Source: Eledone cirrhosa
Taxonomy: Eukaryota
NCBI GenBank assembly: GCA_964016885.1
Contig: OZ024743.1
Coordinates: 313,720,001-313,784,000 of the forward strand
Reading direction: 5' to 3'
DNA length: 64,000 nt
The notes beneath the pieces are model-generated. The model was not told the origin of the DNA. It saw only the letters and a program-made list of their open reading frames with translations, and did not search any database. Below, piece by piece: positions 14,259 through 26,129 of this stretch (position 1 is its first letter; each line of letters opens with the position of its first letter). Made by a program: the position numbers and the translations under genes.

Positions 14259-15914
14259 TATTTCCATTCTATAGGACGTAAGTCTCACAGTTTGTAAATA
14301 TATCGCCTACTGCCAGCTAGCGCAAGTTCAGGTCGTTAAAATTACCCACACATAAACTGGTCGTTAGTAAAAGCGGGAATATTATAGACCTGTTGTTTGC
14401 CACGCTACTAAAAATAGCAGTCAGGTACAACGCTTTTTTCTCTACACACATGTGTATATATATATATTTACTTATTTATTTATTTATACACACACACTCT
14501 CTCTTCCAATCTAGTATGTAATTTTATATATGTTGTTTCTTACAACATAGCTATAAAGGATTAGCCAAGTGAATTGATTGTCTGCTGAGATTCTTCAGAG
14601 AACTAGTATTTGATATTCAAGTCTCTCATGTATATAGTGTTTTGGTTGTGTATGTGTGTAGGATGTTTTAGGATACGGATTCTGTGTGAGGGAGAATTGT
14701 GGTAACTAATGGATGAATCTAGGATTGGCTGTATCATAGTAAAAGTGAGGGTTTTTTATAACCTGGCATTTCATTTTATTTTACAAAGCTGTTTTATACA
14801 AAAACATAATACGCTATTAAAGGGAACAAAAAAGAAAGAAAATAAAGATAATGAATAAAAGAAAAATACAAAAGAATCAATAACGAAAGAAAGGGAGAGG
14901 GATTGTGACAGACATTACACCAGATGTAATTCGTTCTGGTCATTTGGCCAAAGTTATAGAATTTTTGTTATCATGGTGCTGGCCCTATGATAAGTTAGAT
15001 ATCGATTTATATTTGTATTCGATATTATTTTGTAAGAGTTGTTTAATAGAATTTTAATCTCTGATTCTTACTTTTCTTTTTGTAAGAGGATATTTTATTT
15101 CTAGGATAAAATTACATTAAAATAATAAAGAATTCAATATTTGGTGAAACCTAAAGAAAAAGAAAGTGGTACTACAAAAGACTGTATATGAAAAGGGTGG
15201 AAAAGGGCAAGGCTTATTAAGCAACGAAAGAAAGAAATATGGAAGGGGGAGGTTGACAGACCTTTTTTCTGTGTTGGTACAGTAAACATTATTTGTTCTA
15301 TCGAGTTAATTGGTATATTATTTGTGCTGAGTTTGGGATTGTTCTAAGCTAAGAGTTATTGATATAAAGCTGAACATTGAAGACCTATTCTAGAGGTAAG
15401 ATGTGGGGATAGCTCATCAGTTGATTCCTAAGCAATCCATATAAAGCCACGAACACTTATATGTGAGGTTAAATCAATTTAGTACAGGCTGCGTGGAAAT
15501 TTTGATTTTGACGTTTTCAATTTTATAATCATTGTTGATAGGTCCTAATTTTATTAATTTATTATTTAATTAATTAATATTCTTATTATTGTGTGGGTAG
15601 TTTTAAGACATATATACAACTATCACACTCCTACATAACAGGAACGTTTTATGTGAATTTAGAGGCTGCTTAGAATTTTTAGCTTGTAAATATATAATAT
15701 ATAATTTAGAGAGATTGTCAAGACTCTTGAGATATATTTTATCCTTATTTTTATTTGTGTATTTATTTGTTCATTTATATATTAGTAATATATGAAGAGG
15801 GTATGGTAAGATAGCAGGTGAACCATAACGCACCAGAGTACTCAATACTTAGAGTAGTAGATTAGAGGCAACATAGGTTTTTTAATTTAATATATATATA
15901 TATCAAATTAAAAA

Positions 15915-16315
15915 AAACAATGTTACCTCTGATCGCGACAAAGCGAGAGTATATTTGAAAACTCATCGCTAGAACAGCTGTTAAAACAGCTAAATGGTGT
16001 CAAAGACACTGATGAGCAAAGATGCCTCAGAGGACAGAGACAGCGGCAAGTGGCTTATAAAAAGACAATCGACAAGGTGGGTGACAGGCAGATGAAATAG
16101 AGGAAAGATTGAAATCCTTTTCGGGTCCTGACCCTATAAGTTATATATCTCTTTATATTTGTGTTGGATATTATTTCCTAATGGCATTTTTGCCTATGGC
16201 TGTCTTTGACACCATTTAACTGTTTTAACAGCTGTTCTAGTGATGAGATTTCTCATTTTTATATGAATTCAAATATTCTCTCGCTTTGTCTCGATCTGAA
16301 TCAACATTGTTTTTT
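15915..16315. repeat. Inverted repeat (arms ~15915-16007 and ~16202-16315) with a further partial copy at 16650-16765
   Basis: CTAGAACAGCTGTTAAAACAG..AAATGGTGTCAAAGAC versus its reverse complement. Confidence 0.7.
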
Positions 16316-16884
16316 CATTTAACTTTATCATAGCTATGATTAGCTTTCTCTTTAGGACAGATAACACAGCTTGAGATCCTCTATCCTATTATTTTCCTTT
16401 GTTTTCTTTCGCCCTTCTATATGTACTGTTTGTTTTATCTCACACACATCATACTAGCAGAAAGATATATTTTTCTGTTGCACGATCCAGGACTTTAAAA
16501 TGGTACTCTTAATTACATCGTGCGAAACTATTTTGTTGGTTTGAGAGCTGATGAGGGTGATGATGTGTTAAAACTTGTCTCATATATCGCTTTTATTTAT
16601 TTTCTCTTTCGGTCAATTCTGTGCGCCAACACATTTCTCCTTGTCCTCCTACTCTTTCAATCTTTCTATATTTCATCTGTCTGTCACCCAACTTGTGGAT
16701 TGTCTCTTTGTTGAAAACATTTAGCTGTTTTAACAGTTGTTCTAGCGGTGAGTTGTCTCATTTTTATTTATATATATATGAATGTATATATAGTGTATTT
16801 TGCAATACACTGTATGCTTAATTAAAAGCATTTCGAAGACCTTATACTATTGTTTTAGAGTAGTGACAGTCTCACTTGCTTTAA

Positions 16885-16977
16885 TTTTCAGCAAACAGGG
16901 CAGATAAAGCTGACAGGGCCCTGTTTCGCATTTTTTTATGCTTATCAAAGCCAACTACTCCTCCTGTTTGCTGAAAA
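16885..16977 (-). ncRNA. Type I hammerhead, U3-A8 core, extended stem I (unit 1)
   Basis: RC: TTTTCAGCAAACAGG..GGCT-TTGATAA-GCAT aaaaaa ATGC-GAAA-CAGGGCCCTG-TC-AGCT..CCTGTTTGCTGAAAA. Confidence 0.85.
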
Positions 16978-17202
16978 TCATGGATGTTTGATTCTTATAG
17001 AATACTAGTAAATAATCAGGAAGTGATTACATACAGCCGTTGCCGGTCAAGCAGAAATTGAAAATTAGAATTGGTGCTCTGAAATAGCTATATATATGAA
17101 TGTATATATAGTGTATTTTGCAATACACTGTATGCTTAATTAAAAGCATTTCGAAGACCTTATGCTATTGTTTTAGAGTAGTGACAGTCTCACTTACTTT
17201 AA

Positions 17203-17295
17203 TTTTCAGCAAACAGGGGAGATAAAGCTGACAGGGCCCTGTTTCGCATTTTTTTATGCTTATCAAAGCCAACAACTCCTCCTGTTTGCTGAAAA
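17203..17295 (-). ncRNA. Type I hammerhead, U3-A8 core, extended stem I (unit 2)
   Basis: Core identical to unit 1, at 17226-17270. Confidence 0.85.
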
Positions 17296-17592
17296 TCATG
17301 GATGATTGATTCTTATAGAATTCTAGTAAATAATCAGGAACTGATTATACAGAGCGGTTGCCGGTCAAGCAGAAATTGAAAATTAGAATTGGTGCTCTGA
17401 AATGGCTATATATATATGAATGTATATATAGTGTATTTTGCAATACACTGTATGCTTAAACAGGGTCCTGTCAGCTTTATCTCCCTTGTTTGCTGAAAAT
17501 TAAAGTAAGTGAGACTGTCACTACTCTAAAACAATAGCATAAGGTCTTCGAAATATTTTTAATTAAGCATCCTTGAGTATATATGTCTTCAG

Positions 17593-17919
<327 letters not shown>

Positions 17920-18020
17920 GATATAGATATATATATGTGTGTGTGTGTGTGTATGTGTGTGCGTGTGAGAGTGTGTGTGTGTATGTGTGTGTGAGTGTAT
18001 GTTTATGCTTGTATATATGT

Positions 18021-18276
18021 GAAGGCGTATGGCTTAGTGGTTAGAGCATTGGGCTTGCAATCGAAAGGTTATGAGTTCAATTCTCGGACAGGGTGATGTG
18101 TTGTTTCCTTGAGCAAGACACTTTATTTTACGTTGCTCCAGTTTACTCAGCTGTAGAAATGAGTACCGGCCTGCCCGCCCGGCCAGTGGGATGGCGTTAT
18201 CTTATGGCTAAAACAGCACGACGTGCTGTGACCAGCGGTGCCGATGGGCGCCCGCAGGCTGGTCGGTCAAGGTGAT
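18021..18276 (+). mobile_element. CORE-like tRNA-derived SINE
   Basis: A box TGGCTTAGTGG and B box GAGTTCAATTC, then CCTTGAGCAAGACACTTTATTT..CGTTGCTCCAGTT.ACTCAGCTGTAGAAATGAG. Confidence 0.85.
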
Positions 18277-19019
18277 ATATATATATATATATGTATATAT
18301 GTTGTATGGCACAGTGAGTATTTTTATTATGTGGTATTCGTAGTGTCCTGATTTGAAATGCTACAATACTTTTAAAATATTTGTGCTTGCATGGTTGCCA
18401 TCTCTTTAAACGTCGAGTTAGAAGCCTTAATTCTGCATGTAATATCTTAACACTTTTTGTGACGCATAATCGTCATATGTTTCTATCCTGTCTTAAAGAT
18501 TTTGCTGCAGTGAATATATTCCATTTCGCAACGTATTTTTTTAATTAATTAGCATAAATAACTCAATATGGATGTGGTATTATGACTGCTGTCATTCCTG
18601 AAAGAAAATTTGTGCAGATTAAAACGGATTTGAAACCATTAGCAGTAAGGTCTATATAGATCTTTTTGAAATCCGATGATGTGACTTGGCATTTAAATAC
18701 TATATTGTTTGTGAGGCAATTGAAATTGAAAAAAATCTTTTCTATGATATCGTCATCCATCCTTCAGTTGCTGTAATTTCCCCACGCCCACTCCCCACCT
18801 CCTAAAGTTCCCTATTTACATACACAAATAAAACATATACAAGTGAAGCGTGGATAACAAACATCAGTTCTCCGAATAATCTAAACATCAGCTTTGCTAA
18901 AAGATGTAAGAAACTGAATAAATAGAATTATATATACTGTATTATAAATATGGAATTCTGTTTCCCTTTTCTTAACTGCAAATATAATTGAACACACACA
19001 CGCACACACACACACACGC

Positions 19020-19057
<38 letters not shown>

Positions 19058-19065
19058 ACACACAG

Positions 19066-19101
<36 letters not shown>

Positions 19102-19704
19102 GACTTCGTATTGATTATATGTATATACCCTTAAATTTTATATACTCCCGTAACGTTGAATAAACCTTTAGGCAGTATTCGGCTGCGCTTTCTAGCAAGC
19201 AGCCTAATTGCCGACAGGCACCAATCACAAACTTTCTGTTTTGACCACTAGCCACGTGATGATTCTTAGCCATTTTGAATTCGTTTCTGGCGGGAATCAT
19301 GTAAGAAAAATCTTTGTCCAATTGAGTTATCTCCTGATGATTTCCAAACCTCGTTGATTTATCCAAGATCGGATATATCCAAAAATGGAATGAAACCGTT
19401 GGAGGTAGAGATATTTTGATGATTTTGGTAAGGTTTATGTACATTTTTTCTTCTAACTTTGATTTTGTGCCTAATTATGTATGGTTAACTATATGTTTAG
19501 TCAATTTCTACAGGCTATTAGAAATACTAGGTAAATGTTTCGTAGCTCTAAGTCGCGGATAAGAAGCTATATCATTTATCTATTGTTTCTTCATAAGTAT
19601 ATTTTAAACTTATAGCCTCGTTTAAATGATTTTTTGTGTGGTTAATTTATGCTGATTGGGAGAAGAAATACTGTATATATTTTATCTAATGTTTCTATGG
19701 ACTT

Positions 19705-19708
<4 letters not shown>
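19102..19708 (+). mobile_element. Non-coding hammerhead-bearing unit flanked by (TA)n on both sides
   Basis: ~600 bp between TA tracts; CCAATCA and CACGTG lie upstream of the hammerhead. Confidence 0.65.
19328..19413 (+). ncRNA. Type I hammerhead ribozyme
   Basis: TATCTC-CTGATGA-T TTCCA...TGGAA T-GAAA-CC gttgga GG-TA-GAGATA. Confidence 0.85.
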
Positions 19709-19769
<61 letters not shown>

Positions 19770-19847
19770 ATGTGTGTGGTGTGTGTGTGTGTTTGTGTCT
19801 GTGTTTGGGTCTGTGTGTCTGTGTGTCTGTGTATATATATATATATG

Positions 19848-20242
19848 CCTGTAAATAATATTATTCTTTCTTTCCCATTACATTATCATGTTCCACATCG
19901 CCACTTTTTTTCGTTTTTTCTTTTTACTTCAAAAACCTTGTTTGTAAATAATATTATTCTTTCTTTCCCATTTCCTTAACATGTTCAACATCACATTATT
20001 TTCTCTCCAACATTTTATACCAATACAAATTCCCCCCTTTGATAATGCATAAAATGCTGAAACCGGTAATAGACAATTATTAAATATATAAATAAATAAA
20101 TAAATAAATGCCATTGTTAATTAACACTTCACACAAAGTAATATATTTTGTGTTAAACATTTTCTAACTCAGTAAAAGGAGAAAAAAATAAGAGGAAAAA
20201 AAAATGTTTCTTCCTAATAATCGTCGCTTTCTCCCTCTTTTC
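19848..20242 (+). mobile_element. pLTR copy related to 29348-29848 with decayed U3-A8 hammerhead (20039-20072)
   Basis: TTGATAA-TGCAT aaa ATGCT-GAAA-CCGG-TA-ATAG; stem I is disrupted; the unit ends at (TA)n. Confidence 0.65.
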
Positions 20243-20243
20243 A

Positions 20244-20276
<33 letters not shown>

Positions 20277-20277
20277 T

Positions 20278-20600
20278 GACTCCCGAGTAGTATCTGGAGG
20301 GGTGGTTAAAATTGATGAGGATAACGATCCCATAACTCCTTGTGGAATCATAGAGGCACCGCCATACGGCTTGCCTATGGTACATTTAAATCTGGGGGAG
20401 CCCAACCCTCTCCAGGTCTGAACACAGCCGACTTGTTCTATAGAGGAAGAATCGACCGCAGTACTGGTCTGGCACTTTCTTTTATCGACCTCGAAAAGAT
20501 GAAAAGCAAATTTAACCACGGCGGGATTTGAACTCAGAGCGTGTGAGGTTTCGACGAATACCGTAAAGCATTCTATCCGACGTTTTAACGATTCTGTCAA
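20278..20600 (-). mobile_element. tRNA-derived SINE, diverged
   Basis: RC contains CTGAGTTCAAATCCCGCCG..TTTGCTTTTCATC..GGTCGATAAA. Confidence 0.65.
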
Positions 20601-20674
20601 TACATTGGTTGCGTATAGGCATCACGAATGCAACAGTTTTAGTCATGTAGAAGTCATATATATATATATATATA

Positions 20675-20765
<91 letters not shown>

Positions 20766-20811
20766 GGTAAACAGAAAAAACAACACAATCGGTACACTAT
20801 ATGGAAGTGGG

Positions 20812-20847
20812 TCTTAACATTTCGGACGCTTGTCCTTCATCAGAAGA
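20812..20847 (-). ncRNA. Minimal PLE-type hammerhead
   Basis: RC: TCTT-CTGATGA-A-GGAC aagc GTCC-GAAA-TG-TT-AAGA; GAAATGTT is a likely CpG-decayed GAAACGTT. Confidence 0.7.
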
Positions 20848-20940
20848 AAGAATTAGAAATAAGATAGATTGAAGGGGCGTGCGGGTTGTAATTGGAAAAA
20901 ATGTCTTTAGATAAAAATAACCGGTTCATTATACACACAC

Positions 20941-20976
<36 letters not shown>

Positions 20977-21099
20977 ATATATATATATATGTGTGTGTGT
21001 GGAAGCTTAGTAAAATCGAAGTTTTGGCTGTGGCCAAGCTAACGCCATACAATTAGAAATGTGCAGCAAAGCACTCGATAAGGCTGTAGGCCTTTGAGT

Positions 21100-21818
21100 A
21101 ATAACATACGTTTAGACAGCTTGACAAATTGAAAACTGCGGCAGGTAAACCTAGCCACATAGTACCAAATCAACGTAAAAACCAATGTAATTTCATTACA
21201 TTTCAGCACATCAGTCATACTCAGAACAACTCTCTCCATCCCTTTTTCTTAACCATTATCTTTTGTTTGGCACCAAATTCTCTAAATGGATACAAAAAAT
21301 TCCAAAATACGGGTGCGAAATTTAATGTACTTGTTCACGTGACAGTCATAATTTCATTTATAACCAATCAAATTACATTTATAAATAAAGCCTTCGTGAG
21401 CCACCTTTTTTTTAAGGTAAAAAGAAATTCAAACACAAACTGGTGCGAAAGCTGATGTGCTTATTCACGTGACTGCATCAGCCAATCAAACTTCACTGAT
21501 ATATGAAAAAACAACCTGAGCCCCCCCCCCCTTTTTAAAGGCAAATATAAGAACTTTGTAACGCGACTTAGCGTGAAATTTATTATACTTATTCACCACC
21601 AACCAAATTACTTCTCTAAAAACCTAGCATTTCGAGCCACTTTTTTTTCCGTATAAAACAGAACATTTAAACACCATCCAGATGTGAGAAAAACCACAGA
21701 CCCTCCATCTCAATTCTACTTTTGAAAAGCAGAAGAACTGCGAAACCGGTAAAGGAACAAAATAAATATATATTTTAATAAAAAAAGATTCTAGATTCAC
21801 TTTCGATTTCATCTTTTT

Positions 21819-21822
<4 letters not shown>
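21100..21822 (+). mobile_element. pLTR of CCAAT/E-box PLE family ending at (TA)n
   Basis: Reverse complement of ~47067-47650; three promoter-like modules, TATAAAA at 21652 and a hammerhead at 21719-21754. Confidence 0.7.
21719..21754 (+). ncRNA. Minimal hammerhead, U3-A8 core
   Basis: CTT-TTGAAAA-GCAG aagaa CTGC-GAAA-CCGG-TA-AAG. Confidence 0.7.
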
Positions 21823-21872
<50 letters not shown>

Positions 21873-21873
<1 letters not shown>

Positions 21874-22010
21874 AACGGAAAGAATGAAACGAAATTTCAT
21901 TTCCCACTCTTAGTACGGCTGTTACTTAAATATAAGTATGTACACGTACATACATATATGTATACAGACGTACAGTAGTATGTATATATATATATATATA
22001 TACATACATG

Positions 22011-22049
<39 letters not shown>

Positions 22050-22760
22050 GTATGGATTCACCGAACATCTATTTTAATGCTCGGTGTGTTTGTAAACAAA
22101 CAACTCGTATTAAGCTGTAGTATCCAGCAACCATCGTTGCTCATTTGTTCAACACTGACAAAGGAACGATGTACTAGTTTCAAGCTTATTAGCTATCGTC
22201 AGCAACGTATACCTTCCTGCCAGATTGTTGAACTATATACTTACCTTATGTATATTAACGGCTGAGTAGCCGAATTTGCATATCGAGTGGGTTAATCGTC
22301 CGGGTGTACCGAAAACGGTACACGGAAAAAATGAAACGAAATTTCATTTCCCACTCTTATTACGGCTGTTATTTAAATATAAGTATGTACACGTACATAC
22401 ATATATGTTTACAGACGTACAGTAGTATGTACGATATGCAAATTGGGCTACTCAACCGTTAATATGCATAAGGTAAGTATATACGTTCAACAATCTGGCA
22501 GGAAGGTATACGTTACTGACGATAGCTAATAAGCTTGAAACTAGTACAGCGTTCCTTTGTCAGTGTTGAAGAAACGAGCAACGATGGTTGCTGGACACAA
22601 CGGCTTAATACGGGATGTTTGTTTACAAACACACCGAGCATTATAATAAATGTTCGGTGAATCCATACGTACATATATATATGTGTGCATGTATGTATAT
22701 ATATATACATACTACTGTACGGCTGTATACATATATGAATGTACGTGTACATACTTATAT
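21873..22760. mobile_element. Fold-back pLTR-like unit with direct (21874/22321) and inverted (21930-22283/22433-22760) repeats
   Basis: Arms are reverse-complementary with substitutions; TA tracts on both sides; a hammerhead in each arm. Confidence 0.75.
22510..22552 (+). ncRNA. Minimal hammerhead (mirror copy at 22166-22208 on -)
   Basis: ACGTT(A/G)-CTGACGA-T AGCT aata AGCT T-GAAA-CTAG-TA-CAGCGT. Confidence 0.75.
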
Positions 22761-22782
22761 ATATATACATATATATACTGTA

Positions 22783-22909
<127 letters not shown>

Positions 22910-22939
22910 GAAAGGTATAGAAAATATTGTAGCAAAAAG

Positions 22940-22979
<40 letters not shown>

Positions 22980-23310
22980 TATGGAGGGGTGGTCTGCGTG
23001 TATTTAGCAGGTGTATATTTTTATTTTTATTTATTAAAGGACAAAATTTGACTCAGGTCAAGAAAAGTTACTCAATGCATCAGGTAAAGGAGTCAGTTTA
23101 TTTTATTGAGATGCAATCTCTACAGGATTAGTTCAGAGAGCTAAATAACAGTGTGTTATTAACGAGACTGGCTAATTTTCGTTTAAAACTTACTTTAGGT
23201 GAATGCCGAAAATCTCAGGCGTAAAAGTGGTGATGGAGGAATGATAGATGTGGGGGTGTTGACATTAGAAAGTGTGAAAACAAGCAACTGGATTGGAGCT
23301 AAGTAGTAGT

Positions 23311-23375
23311 AGCAGTAACAGTAGTAGTAGTCGTAGGAGTAGTAGTGGTGGTGGTGGTGGTAGTAGTAGTAGTAA

Positions 23376-23416
<41 letters not shown>

Positions 23417-23471
23417 ATGCTGCTGCTGCTAGCACTACCACTGCTGCTGCTAGTACTACTATTGCTGCTGC

Positions 23472-23524
<53 letters not shown>

Positions 23525-23659
23525 ATGCTGCTGCTGCTAGCACTACCACTTCTGCTGCTGCTACTACTACTAGCAGCACCAGTAGTATTATTACTAGCAG
23601 CAGCAGTGGTAGTCCTAGCAGCAGCAGCAGCATTACTACTACTACTACTACTACTACTG

Positions 23660-23716
<57 letters not shown>

Positions 23717-23760
23717 GTAGTAGTAGTAGTAGTAGTTGTAGTAGCAGCAGTAATAGCACT
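23311..23760. repeat. Compound trinucleotide microsatellite (AGT/GGT/GCT/ACT/GCA)
   Basis: Read directly; the poly-S/T/V/L ORFs here are artefacts of the repeat. Confidence 0.9.
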
Positions 23761-24122
23761 ATTAATAGCATGAGTAGTATTGACATTAGTAATATTTCAT
23801 TCAATTTCTTGGATATATAACGATATTGACGAAACCTCGCCTTCATCAAAACTAGAAGGAGGTGAAAGCTGAACTCATAACGCATAGGCCTGGAGCTGAT
23901 ACCGCAAATCATCCCCTCTATCTTTTTAACAATTCTGCCAATCCACAGCTATTGCTGCACGGGCAATATATCTATCAACCTAGAAAGGATGAAAGGCAAT
24001 CTTCACATCGGAAGGTTTTCAATTCACATCGTAGAGCACCGGAACTAATAACGTGACAATTAACCCAATGTTCTAACGACTCTGTCAATTGGCTATGATT
24101 GTATATAGTTCGTCTTTATCAA

Positions 24123-24392
24123 GGAGGCGCATGACCTAGTAGTAGATGTTTTGGACTTGCAATCATATTGTCATGGGTTAGATTACCTGACTGGGTTGCG
24201 TGTTTTGGTTTTGAGCAAAATATTTCATTTCACGTTGCTTCAGTATACTCAGCTGAAAATGTATAGCTGCAATAGCTGGTGCTTTAACTTGCGATGGACT
24301 GGCGTCATGTCCGCGGGGAGACATGTACTGTCAGTCGTTTAACGCCATGAAAACTGGGATAAGCAACGACTTGATGAGCCTCCGCTCTCGAG
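24123..24392 (+). mobile_element. CORE-like SINE, diverged
   Basis: GGAGGCGCATGACCTAGTAG..CTTGCAATC..TTGAGCAAAATATTTCATTTCACGTTGCT; similar to 18021. Confidence 0.65.
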
Positions 24393-24799
24393 ACATATTT
24401 TACACATTTTTCTATTAATGAACGATGTTATTGGAACACAAGTAGTTCTGAAATCTGTACATATGCACGCATCAATTCTATTGCTACAAATCTCACAGCT
24501 AATAGGATTATTAGCAAGTCTATTTTAAATCGTATTATTACTGCCACCATACATACAAACGTTTCACATTTAATCGGCTTAAATACCATGTGAAAATTGA
24601 AATCAACGAATACATTACCACAAATATGCACTCTATTACTGACCTATAATATTGTTTTTATTCCGATTAATCAAAGCCGCTGTGAATAAAGGGAGATAAA
24701 AACGTCGACAATTCGAATTCACAATTCCGTTTATATATATATAGTGCAAGCTTGATTGGCTAACATTAATTAGACACATCGAGTTACGGCCCTTGCCAG

Positions 24800-24916
24800 T
24801 ATGAGTTCAAATCCCGCCGAGGTTAACTTTGCTTTTCATCCTTACGGGGGTCGATAAAATAAAGTACCAGTAATACACTGGGATAATTGCTGGCCTTGTA
24901 CCAAAAGTAGAAACAA
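24800..24916 (+). mobile_element. SINE 3' part
   Basis: GAGTTCAAATCCCGCCGAGGTTAACTTTGC...GCTGGCCTTGTACCAAAAGTAGAAAC. Confidence 0.8.
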
Positions 24917-26129
24917 TTAATTAAAGATAGCACTAGCACATCTTGATTCACAACAAAAACGTACATGGATGATCAATAACAACTGTGAAATACATGTGTC
25001 CCGCTCATGTCCCGATACTGAGGTAATTGTGTTATGATCACAACTTCAAATATTCACAGTAAGACTAAATGTATATTAATTAAACATAAGCATATATAGT
25101 TATTATAATTTCCATCTCAAAGGCGTATATGGACCCATATAATAAACATATTTATTTTAAACGTGGTCACATCAAATCCGTATCAGTGTCGGGTAAAGAG
25201 CTGTGTATACATGTATTTACCAGCCTTTGATCGTACATATACACTTTATTCTGAATAACATTGAGTTAGTGGTATGGTTAAATAATATTACCTTCAAGTT
25301 AGGATTCAATATAGATAAGTTTTAACCAAGAATACTTTGATTATGATATCTAACAAGGCTTTCGTTATTTGGTTCCTTGGCGTAAGTGTGCAAGCGGCTT
25401 TGAATCTGGATAATGAAAAAAGAAGCTGCATTGCTATTTAATACTACATTTAAGTTAGGATTCTATATAGATCAGTTTTAAACAAAAATAGTTCGTTTAC
25501 AAAATCTATAAGACTTTTATTGTTCGGTACCTTGGCCTAAGTGTGCGAGTGGTTTTAAACCACGACAGTGGAAACAAACCTACATTAACAAACCAGCAGT
25601 GTTATAATTAATTACAATTTATCCTGGGTAGTGGACACAAGGAATAGGCAACAGCTAATACTCTCTGCATAAATGTTAATTTTATCTTTATCAAATATCT
25701 AAAAGATCAAACCACACTTCAATATCCTACTGACTCTCTCAATGCCAGTTTAACCTTGCAATGTAAAATGTTGATCAGTTTCTTCCCATAGTCCTTACAC
25801 GCATTCATCAGAGGTTTCCCCTCAGCTAATATCCCTACATACCTTTCAATAAATTATAGCCATACCTCAGAAGAAAGAGCTTTAAATCAGATTAGATAAA
25901 TCATTTATTTCTCATTTGCTATGTATAGAGTATGTACTTAAAATGTACCAGGCAACTCTATAAAGTGGTAGTGCTGGTGCTATGATAAAATACACAAAGT
26001 ACATGTTGTAAAGTGTAGAACAATGAGGGAGTGAATGGAGCCGGTCAAGCGTTAAAAGTGAATTCTTTACAGCAAATTCTAAGGAGTGTGGATGAAATTA
26101 GGCTAGTTAGAAAGCCGGCGAAAAAAGAA

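Larger units (their letters stand above)
16770..17592 (-). mobile_element. Retrozyme-like tandem repeat (318-320 bp x ~2.2) plus inverted partial copy ending at (TA)n
   Basis: GAATGTATATATAGTGTATTTTGC recurs at 16780, 17098 and 17418; each full unit has a hammerhead; 17459-17570 is an opposite-strand partial copy. Confidence 0.8.

Noticed and set aside
15405-15430. Minus-strand CTGATGA
   Set aside because: No properly placed GAAA or stem III.
16009-16135. CTGATGA followed by a distant GAAA..GTC as a hammerhead
   Set aside because: No consistent stem I or stem II.
16540-16585. CTGATGA...AAAACTTGTC hammerhead-like motif
   Set aside because: GAAA is missing and the stems do not pair convincingly; at best heavily decayed.
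16770-17458. Tandem repeats as a CRISPR array
   Set aside because: The units are ~320 bp with no unique spacers, there are no cas genes, and the context is eukaryotic.
18021-18100. tRNA gene
   Set aside because: A and B boxes are present but there is no complete cloverleaf; the sequence continues into a SINE body shared with other copies.
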